Of a DNA stretch of 63,014 nt, positions 56,625 through 63,014 are shown piece by piece (positions within the stretch are counted from its first letter, which is position 1; each line of letters opens with the position of its first letter). The DNA is from Acidimicrobiia bacterium. Lineage in GTDB: Bacteria > Actinomycetota > Acidimicrobiia > Acidimicrobiales > Bin134. A program made the position numbers and the translations under genes. Below the pieces are notes generated by a model that was given only the letters and a program-made list of their open reading frames with translations, did not search any database and was not told where the DNA came from. Where the stretch lies: NCBI GenBank assembly GCA_022821105.1, contig JAJEEH010000019.1, forward strand, positions 1-63,014. The letters run 5' to 3'.

Positions 56625-57023
56625 TTATTGAGGCGGGACAACCACTTCGCATTGGATGCCGCTGGCTTTGCTGAGCTTGCGATCCAGCGTGAACAGGGGA
56701 TTGTCGAGCGCCTCGGCGAGCGCCACATACCAAGCGTCGTAGCTGGTCACATTGGCTCGGAGCTCCCAGATGCGCTCGGCCAGCGGACTGAACGGATACA
56801 GCTCGACATCGAGACGCAGCAGGTCGCGAAAGGATGCGGTGGCCTCCAGCCTTGAGACCTGGCCGGACTGCTCCATGCGACGCAAGATGTTGGTCGCTTC
56901 AGCCATTGCCATTTCCGGCGCGGCCAACTGGCCTTGCGCGATAGCCGCTTCGGACCACGGGCCGTCTTGGTCAGAATCGACCAGCGCCGCCACTAATACC
57001 GACGCATCAACGACCGCGGTCAT
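56625..57023 (-). CDS. vapC: Type II toxin VapC (PIN domain ribonuclease)
   Basis: 132 aa. The acidic PIN residues sit in VVDASVLV, ...AEAT..., SYDAWYVALA and FTLD. There is a 4-nt overlap with the upstream antitoxin gene. Confidence 0.8.
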   Translation of the reverse strand: MTAVVDASVLVAALVDSDQDGPWSEAAIAQGQLAAPEMAMAEATNILRRMEQSGQVSRLEATASFRDLLRLDVELYPFSPLAERIWELRANVTSYDAWYVALAEALDNPLFTLDRKLSKASGIQCEVVVPPQ

Positions 57024-57256
57024 CGACGGTCGGCGTCCCGAGCATCAAGGATTTCTGAGGTGGCGATACTGGTACCGGCAGCGTCTTTTCGGCGGCGAAC
57101 CTCATCCAGCCACGAATCCAACGTGGGTCTCTCCGCCATACGTACGAGCTCTGCCCGCAAGTACTCCTGCATCGACTGGCGTTTCAGCGCGGCCCGAGCC
57201 GCCAACGTATCCCGGACTTCCTCGGGAACCCCTCGAATGGTGATTTGCACCGGCAT
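57020..57256 (-). CDS. Ribbon-helix-helix antitoxin (FitA/VapB-like)
   Basis: 78 aa. MPVQITIRGVPEEVRDTLAARAALKRQSMQEYLR is a typical RHH (Arc/MetJ) antitoxin N-terminus. Confidence 0.7.
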   Translation of the reverse strand: MPVQITIRGVPEEVRDTLAARAALKRQSMQEYLRAELVRMAERPTLDSWLDEVRRRKDAAGTSIATSEILDARDADRR

Positions 57257-57262
57257 GACATC

Positions 57263-57268
57263 ATTATG
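57263..57268 (-). promoter_or_regulatory. -10-like hexamer CATAAT, 6 nt upstream of the antitoxin ATG (suggests a leaderless transcript)
   Basis: The minus strand reads ...GCTGTCATAATGATGTC-ATG. There is no Shine-Dalgarno sequence. TGTCAT occurs twice and may be an operator. Confidence 0.25.
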
Positions 57269-57343
57269 ACAGCATCACCAGCAGATTGCATGCAGAGTTC
57301 ACAGCCCTTGCCGATACCTGGGTGCTGATCGGGACACTCGGTC

Positions 57344-57826
57344 TCAGAAGGCGGTGACGACGAAGAAGTCCACTTTGGTGTCGCCGGGTTTGACCGGAAA
57401 ACTGGTGTCGGTCCAGAAAAGGAGTTCCCCGTCGTCTCCATAGATGGTCGCGGTCACGTCGTACATGGACTCGGGGTCCAACTCTCCCGTCCACGACAGC
57501 TCATATTGCAGCGGGAGCGTGGTCACGCCGGTATGAACCTGCTCGGCAAGGACCACCGACGGGGCGTCGAGCAAGGAGACATCCTCAAGCCGCACCACCA
57601 CCCGAGACGACGGAATATGCGACAGCTCAAAAGCGCCCTCGATGGTGATGTCGCCCGTCAGCGTGCTTATGACGGGAACAGCCGTTGGCGCCGCTGACTC
57701 GTCGCCATTCCCGGTTGATGGATCATCGTCGTTGCCGCAGGCGCTTGCCAGAACGGCCAGAGCAATCCCTAAGACGAGGAGAACGCGGGCTGCCGCGGGA
57801 TACCTGATTCGGAGTTGCATTCTCAT
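57344..57826 (-). CDS. Lipoprotein, possibly YbaY-like
   Basis: Signal peptide with lipobox LASAC and strong RBS AAAGGAG. The mature part (RVVVRLEDVSLLDAPSVVLAEQ...LPLQYEL...YDVTATIY) resembles YbaY-type lipoproteins from memory. Confidence 0.5.
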   Translation of the reverse strand: MRMQLRIRYPAAARVLLVLGIALAVLASACGNDDDPSTGNGDESAAPTAVPVISTLTGDITIEGAFELSHIPSSRVVVRLEDVSLLDAPSVVLAEQVHTGVTTLPLQYELSWTGELDPESMYDVTATIYGDDGELLFWTDTSFPVKPGDTKVDFFVVTAF

Positions 57827-57880
57827 TGGTTGCTCCTTTACATCTCTCTTGACTGTGAATTAGACGCTGCTCTTGTCCGT

Positions 57881-58576
57881 CTAGTTCCCGAGGTGCGAAA
57901 CGCTCAACAGCAAATCGGCCAGTTCTTGGGGGCGGGAGGCGAAGGCGCTGTGGCCGGCGTCGAGGGTGACGATCTCGTCGGCTTGGGCGGTGCGGGCCTG
58001 TTCTCGCTGGTAGGCGGGCGGGAGGGCCTCGTCTTTCTCCAGCAGGATGTAGGTGGAAGGGACGCCAGGGGGTCCGGTGGCCACCGTTACCTTCTCGGCC
58101 ATCGGGCCGGGGGGCTCAGGACCGAGGCGGGACAGAAGCCAAGCTGAGGCCTCGGCATCGAGGTCGTTGCAGAACATAGATTCGAAGTCCACTTCCCGGG
58201 AGATGGGCGACAGCGGGTCGTTCATTCGGTCTTCCACCGACTGCCCCACCGGTGGGTTTGTGGTGGACAAATACACCAGCCGCCGCAACCGACTCACCAG
58301 TGGGTGGGCAGCCGAAGGAAGCGTGATCCCGGCCAATGAATGCCCCACCAGCACCACATCGTGCAGATCGCGGCTCTCGATCTCCCGAACCACGTCGTAG
58401 GCGTAATCGTCCAGACAGACCTCATCAAGGGGCTTCTCATCCAATCGAGCCCCATGCCCAACCAAGTCAATCGCCACCACGTGTTCAACTTGAGGACTCG
58501 CCTCGAGAATCGGAACCACCTGCTCCCAACACCAAGCCCCATGAGCCGCCCCGTGAACCAACACAAAATTCGCCAC
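57881..58576 (-). CDS. Alpha/beta hydrolase (esterase-like)
   Basis: 231 aa. FVLVHGAAHGAWCW and the nucleophile elbow GHSLAG. Confidence 0.75.
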   Translation of the reverse strand: MANFVLVHGAAHGAWCWEQVVPILEASPQVEHVVAIDLVGHGARLDEKPLDEVCLDDYAYDVVREIESRDLHDVVLVGHSLAGITLPSAAHPLVSRLRRLVYLSTTNPPVGQSVEDRMNDPLSPISREVDFESMFCNDLDAEASAWLLSRLGPEPPGPMAEKVTVATGPPGVPSTYILLEKDEALPPAYQREQARTAQADEIVTLDAGHSAFASRPQELADLLLSVSHLGN

Positions 58577-58675
58577 CCCCCGGTTCTAGCAAATGCCAGA
58601 TGAGCACCCGCTGCCACTCCGAACAAGATGGGTTGCTAGTTGCCTAGGGAAACACGGGGCTACGCTCGCCAATCG

Positions 58676-61600
58676 ATGGGCCGGTTGGAAGATCTCACCA
58701 AGGGCGCACGAGTCGCAGGCGTTGCCCCGATAGGGGTGGTCACGGTGATCGACGCCGAATGGATCGGTTCGGATGCGGTGAACCTCACCTACGAAGACGA
58801 CAGCGGCAACGTCCAGCGAGAAATCGTCTACCGAGCGAAGGAACAGGAACTTTCCCTCGAAGACGACGGCCGACCTTGGTCTTTCGACGCCGATCCTGAG
58901 CTGTTCACCCTGGTGGCCGAAGCCAAGCGGATCAGTTTGGCCCACCTGTTCGACCCCTATCTGGCCACCTACACCAGCGACGTCGATCCGCTCCCCCATC
59001 AGATCGAAGCGGTCTATACCGAAATGCTCCCCCGTCGCCCGCTCAGATTCTTGCTGGCCGACGACCCCGGCGCGGGCAAGACCATCATGGCTGGACTGTT
59101 AATTAAGGAGCTGATCGTTCGGGGAGACCTAGACAGGTGCCTCATCGTGGTCCCCGGCGGGTTAGCCGAACAGTGGCAAGATGAGCTGGGCGAAAAATTT
59201 GGCCTCGAGTTCGAACTGTTCACCCGAGCCATGGTGGAGGACACCCGCTCCGGCAATCCTCTGGCTGAACGCCCCCGGCTCATCGCCCGCCTCGACATGC
59301 TGGCCCGAGACGAGGACCTCCAAGCCCAACTCGACCGCACCGACTGGGATCTCGTGGTGGTGGACGAGGCCCACAAGATGTCGGCCACATACCGGGGCGA
59401 CGACGTCGAACAGACCAAGCGCTACAAGCTCGGCCGACGCCTTGAGGCCGTGGCCCGCCACTTCCTTTTGATGACGGCCACGCCGCACAACGGCAAGCCC
59501 GAGGACTTCCAGTTGTTCATGGCGCTCTTGGACGGGGACATGTTCGCCGGCAAGTACCGCCGGGGCGCCCACAGCGACAAGCCGGCGAAAGACCTGATGC
59601 GCCGCCGCATCAAAGAAGACCTGCTCCGCTTCGACGGCACCCGGCTGTTCCCCGAGCGGGAGGCCACCACTGCCAAATACACGCTGAGCCCGGCCGAGCT
59701 CGACTTGTACGAGCATGTCACCGAGTACGTCCGCAACGGGATGAACCGGGCCGAGCAGCTCCGAAAAGAAGGCCAGGGCCGACGCTCGGCTGTGGTCGGC
59801 TTTGCCCTCACCATCTTGCAGCGGCGACTGGCGTCATCGCCTCGGGCCATCCTTCGATCTCTGGAACGACGGCGCGAGCGCCTGTCAGCCCGCCTGGCCG
59901 AGGCTGAACAAGCCCGAACTGAGCCAGCCTCAAACATCAATGACGACATCGAGATGCTGGGTGAGGTTCCAGAGGGCTACCGCCCGTCTGACTTCGACGA
60001 CTTCGACCCCGATGAGCTGTTGGCCAGCGAGACCGAGGAGTTCGAAGACCAGATTCAGGTTGAGGCCACACCCGCCCGCACCATCGCCGAGCTGAAGGCC
60101 GAGATCAGCGACCTCGACGGCCTCGTCAAAAGAGCCCAGGTCGTCTACCAGCGAGGTGACGACCGCAAGTGGGACGAACTAGCCAAACTCCTGCAAGGCA
60201 CGCCCGAAATGCTCGATAACAACGGCCGCATCAAGAAGCTGATCATCTTCACCGAACACCGGGACACCCTCGACTATCTGGTCGAGCGGCTTGGCCGCCT
60301 CCGGGGCCGAATCGACGAGGTTGTCGCCATCCACGGCGGAGTTCGCCGCGAGGAACGACGCCGAGTGCAGGATCAGTTCACCCAAGACGACCAAGTGCGC
60401 ATCTTGGTGGCCACCGACGCCGCCGGAGAGGGCCTCAACCTCCAGCGGGCCCACCTGATGGTGAACTACGACCTGCCCTGGAACCCCAATCGAATCGAGC
60501 AGCGGTTCGGGCGCATCCACCGCATCGGACAGACAGAGGTATGCCGACTGTGGAACATGGTGGCCGAGGACACCCGAGAAGGCCAGGTGTTCGAGCGGTT
60601 GTTGGAAAAGTTGGACGAGCAGCGAGACGCCTTGGGCGGCAAGGTGTTCGATGTGCTCGGAGAAGCCTTCTCCGACAAATCGCTGCGCGAGCTGCTCATC
60701 GAGGCGATCACCGCCGAAGAACCCGCCATCCAACAACTCCGCATGACCGCGGTGATCGACGCCACGGTGGGAGACCGGATGAGGGAGCTGATCGAAGAGC
60801 AGTCCCTTCTGTCTGATGTGCTGAGCGATGCTCGAATCGACGGCATACGCGACCAAATGGAACGGGCCCAGGCCATGCGCTTGCAGCCCAGCTTCATCCG
60901 CCGGTTCTTCTTCGGGGCATTCGGCCTGCTCAATGGAAAGGTCACCAGGCGGGAGGCGAGTCGCTGCCAGATCTCCCGAGTGCCGCCATCCTTGCGGAAC
61001 TGGGACACCGCCCAAGGCCGCGGCCGGCTGTTAGCCAGCTACGAGCGAATCTGCTTCGAGCGGGAGCAGATCACTGTTCCCGGTCGGCCCATGGCCGATC
61101 TGGTATCGCCCGGCCATCCCCTGCTCGACGCCACCATCGGCGCTCTGTTGGAACGCCACGGCTCGCTGCTCCAGCAAGGCAGCATCCTCATCGACCCCGA
61201 TTCCACCAGCGAGCAGCGCAAGGTGCTGGTGCTTCTGGAACACGAGATCGTCGACGGCACTGCCGTCGACCGCGGCCAGCGCCGAGTGGTGTCCAAGCAA
61301 TTCGAATACGTGGAGATCACGGAGGGCGGCGAGATCGCCGACGCCGGTGAACACCCCTACTTGGACTGCCGCTCCCCAGAGCCCGACGAGCTTGAACTCG
61401 TGACCCCGTTGGCCACCGCCGACTGGGTGCGGGACACGCTCACCACCAAGGCGCTCAATCACGCAATAGCCCACAACGTCCCCCAACATCTCGCGGAGGT
61501 TGAGGCCCGAATCCACTCCCAGGTTGACCGGACCCTCGATGCAGTTCGACAACGCCTCAAAGAAGAGATCAAGCACTGGGACGCCCGAGTGCTGCGGCTC

Positions 61601-62209
61601 AAGAACGACGAGTTGGCCGGCAAGCCCAACGCCCGTATCAACTCAGCCAAAGCCCGCCAGCGAGCCGAAGAAGCCGAAGAACGCCTGGACCGACGAGAAG
61701 AAGAACTGGCCCGCCAGCGCAAACTCTCACCCTTGGCTCCCCGAATAGTCGGTGCAGCCTTTATCATTCCCGAACATCTGTTGGCCGCACTTGCTGGCAC
61801 CCCACCCCCCTCACACGCCATCGACACCACCCGTTCCGACCGCCTAGCCATCGACGCCGTGCTCGCCGCCGAACGATCCCTAGGCCGAGACCCCATCGAG
61901 ATGCCCCACAACAACAAGGGCTTCGATATCGAGACCCGCAACCACGACGGCCACATCCTGACCATCGAGGTCAAAGGCCGCGTCGCCGGGGCAACCGACT
62001 TCTCCATCACCCCCTCCGAGATCCTGTGCGCCCTCAACAAAGCCGACCGCCACATCCTCGCCCTCGTCGAAGTCTCCGACGATGACACCACCGAAGTCCG
62101 CTACCTTTACGACCCCTTCACCAACCGAGAACCCGAACCCAGCCCCGCCGAACACAAACGCACCCTCGACTGGCAAACCTACTGGGAGCTTGCTGAACCG
62201 CCGAGGTGA
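58676..62209 (+). CDS. SNF2-family helicase fused to a C-terminal DUF3883 / PD-(D/E)xK nuclease-like domain
   Basis: Motif I ADDPGAGKT (GAGKT codons at 59069..59083), motif II VVVDEAHKM, TATPHNG and motif VI QRFGRIHRIGQ. A coiled-coil segment follows, then C-terminal GFDIETRNHDGHILTIEVKG (D at 61925, E-V-K at 61967..61975). ATG at 58676 (the ORF track starts at TTG 58640). Confidence 0.8.
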   Translation: MGRLEDLTKGARVAGVAPIGVVTVIDAEWIGSDAVNLTYEDDSGNVQREIVYRAKEQELSLEDDGRPWSFDADPELFTLVAEAKRISLAHLFDPYLATYTSDVDPLPHQIEAVYTEMLPRRPLRFLLADDPGAGKTIMAGLLIKELIVRGDLDRCLIVVPGGLAEQWQDELGEKFGLEFELFTRAMVEDTRSGNPLAERPRLIARLDMLARDEDLQAQLDRTDWDLVVVDEAHKMSATYRGDDVEQTKRYKLGRRLEAVARHFLLMTATPHNGKPEDFQLFMALLDGDMFAGKYRRGAHSDKPAKDLMRRRIKEDLLRFDGTRLFPEREATTAKYTLSPAELDLYEHVTEYVRNGMNRAEQLRKEGQGRRSAVVGFALTILQRRLASSPRAILRSLERRRERLSARLAEAEQARTEPASNINDDIEMLGEVPEGYRPSDFDDFDPDELLASETEEFEDQIQVEATPARTIAELKAEISDLDGLVKRAQVVYQRGDDRKWDELAKLLQGTPEMLDNNGRIKKLIIFTEHRDTLDYLVERLGRLRGRIDEVVAIHGGVRREERRRVQDQFTQDDQVRILVATDAAGEGLNLQRAHLMVNYDLPWNPNRIEQRFGRIHRIGQTEVCRLWNMVAEDTREGQVFERLLEKLDEQRDALGGKVFDVLGEAFSDKSLRELLIEAITAEEPAIQQLRMTAVIDATVGDRMRELIEEQSLLSDVLSDARIDGIRDQMERAQAMRLQPSFIRRFFFGAFGLLNGKVTRREASRCQISRVPPSLRNWDTAQGRGRLLASYERICFEREQITVPGRPMADLVSPGHPLLDATIGALLERHGSLLQQGSILIDPDSTSEQRKVLVLLEHEIVDGTAVDRGQRRVVSKQFEYVEITEGGEIADAGEHPYLDCRSPEPDELELVTPLATADWVRDTLTTKALNHAIAHNVPQHLAEVEARIHSQVDRTLDAVRQRLKEEIKHWDARVLRLKNDELAGKPNARINSAKARQRAEEAEERLDRREEELARQRKLSPLAPRIVGAAFIIPEHLLAALAGTPPPSHAIDTTRSDRLAIDAVLAAERSLGRDPIEMPHNNKGFDIETRNHDGHILTIEVKGRVAGATDFSITPSEILCALNKADRHILALVEVSDDDTTEVRYLYDPFTNREPEPSPAEHKRTLDWQTYWELAEPPR

Positions 62210-62395
62210 CGGCCCGCGCCCTCCCACCTAATGCTCCAGGCAAGCAAATCGACATCACTTCAGCAGTTCGGCTGCGGATGCCACGCGGCCGACACAGCCA
62301 AGCAGTTCGCCGGATTGCTCTGGCAGACCAAGCTCGTGGTCTGCGAAGATGGTTCGTCCTACTGGCACTATGGATGCGAGACAGGAACCTGATCA

Positions 62396-62872
62396 GTGGC
62401 AACTAGCAGGCACTATAGCGACGAGGAGCTTGCCGGGCTTCGGTCAGCACCAAAGCAGGTGACCAACCCGCGTGCACGCTGGACGAAAAAGCCTGGGCAT
62501 CGCCAGCGCAACTTCCAAGCACGCGACCAGCAAGACGAATCAGTTCGCTTCTCGATCTACCAACGACAGAGTCTCCACGACGACAACGACTTCTCATGTG
62601 GGATCGAATTCATCCCCAGGGTCGGGGCACGTCTGACTCTGGCGCGCTACAACGGACCAAGCCACCGGCATGGTGAGATTGTCTATCGCCCGCACATCCA
62701 CCGCGCCACAGCCAGAGCGATCGCGGCAGGCAAGAAGCCTGAGTCAGAGGCAGACGAGACCGACCGATATACCAACCTAGAGGGTGCCTTGAGATGCTTG
62801 GTTGAAGACTTCCACTTAGACGGGCTCAGCATCTCGAACGACAATCAGACGAGACTCTTCAATGGCGCTTGA
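62396..62872 (+). CDS. Hypothetical protein (158 aa), unknown family
   Basis: GTG start with AGGAA 8 nt upstream and no internal Met. His-rich core ARYNGPSHRHGEIVYRPHIHRAT. Codon third positions are clearly less G/C-biased than in the bulk of the window. Confidence 0.5.
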   Translation: MATSRHYSDEELAGLRSAPKQVTNPRARWTKKPGHRQRNFQARDQQDESVRFSIYQRQSLHDDNDFSCGIEFIPRVGARLTLARYNGPSHRHGEIVYRPHIHRATARAIAAGKKPESEADETDRYTNLEGALRCLVEDFHLDGLSISNDNQTRLFNGA

Positions 62873-63014
62873 TACAGACTCCCTTAGAAAGCTCCTGTGC
62901 GAGCGCCTCTGCCAAGAGGTGGACGTCGAGAAGCGACCCGACGGTGAACTCATGCTGCGCACTCACTTCGAGTTCCCCGACGGAGATAGCTACCCCTTCT
63001 ATTTGTCGGAAGCA
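62862..63014 (+). CDS. Hypothetical protein, 3' end cut by the window edge
   Basis: ATG at 62862 overlaps the previous gene by 11 nt. It is open to the end of the window (MALDTDSLRKLLCERLCQEVDVEKRPDGELMLRTHFEFPDGDSYPFYLSEA). It is faintly reminiscent of DUF1828-type N-termini (low-confidence recollection). Confidence 0.4.
   Translation, partial: MALDTDSLRKLLCERLCQEVDVEKRPDGELMLRTHFEFPDGDSYPFYLSEA

Noticed and set aside
62206-62406. A 66-codon ORF overlapping the helicase stop (GTGA), and the antisense ORF 62118..62402
   Set aside because: The translations are Arg-rich with no motifs, and there is no convincing RBS. The region is more likely an intergenic promoter spacer for the downstream small ORFs.

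Overview
A 63 kb, high-GC (about 65% by eye) chromosomal segment that looks like Actinomycetota, based on PAC2, DUF3499, an Rpf-like transglycosylase, an F420/LLM-type oxidoreductase and DyP. The class cannot be determined from this window. I call about 60 protein genes and see no rRNA, tRNA, CRISPR array, integrase or transposase.

Most of the window is ordinary metabolism and transport:
- a HyuB-type hydantoinase fragment and several SDRs
- a livHMFG-type ABC importer with its lipoprotein binding protein and a P450
- a form-I coxMSL carbon-monoxide dehydrogenase operon
- DyP, and a fatty-acid block (ECH, ACAD, kinase-like protein)
- ROK kinase, aquaporin and an orphan molybdopterin oxidoreductase
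- cupin, TauD and a tandem Rpf-like protein
- a catabolic block of three amidohydrolase_2 paralogues, a P450, an LLM oxidoreductase and SOD
- the actinobacterial DUF3499 / phosphomannomutase / purine-salvage neighbourhood
- GH3 with oxidoreductases, and a second Liv-like transporter built from fusion proteins

The last ~6.5 kb (56.6 kb to the window end) is compositionally atypical. It carries vapBC, a lipoprotein, an alpha/beta hydrolase, a 1177-aa SNF2 helicase fused to a DUF3883/PD-(D/E)xK nuclease-like domain, and at least two small unknown ORFs cut by the window edge. This is my best candidate for an undescribed defence-type system.

Other points worth a second look:
1. An in-frame TGA with an fdhF-like SECIS hairpin, making a UxxC/CxxC candidate selenoprotein.
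2. An XdhC/CoxF-like maturation protein fused to a YHS (Cu-type) domain behind coxL.
3. An MFS-like domain fused to a LivF ATPase, next to a LivH-LivM-LivG triple fusion.
4. Adjacent purine-salvage genes each broken by a single lesion: a 1-nt frameshift in the PNP gene and an in-frame TAG in the PfkB/adenosine kinase gene.
5. A 62-nt GC-rich hairpin repeat present twice in inverted orientation.

All functional calls rest on motifs I recognise by eye. No searches were run.
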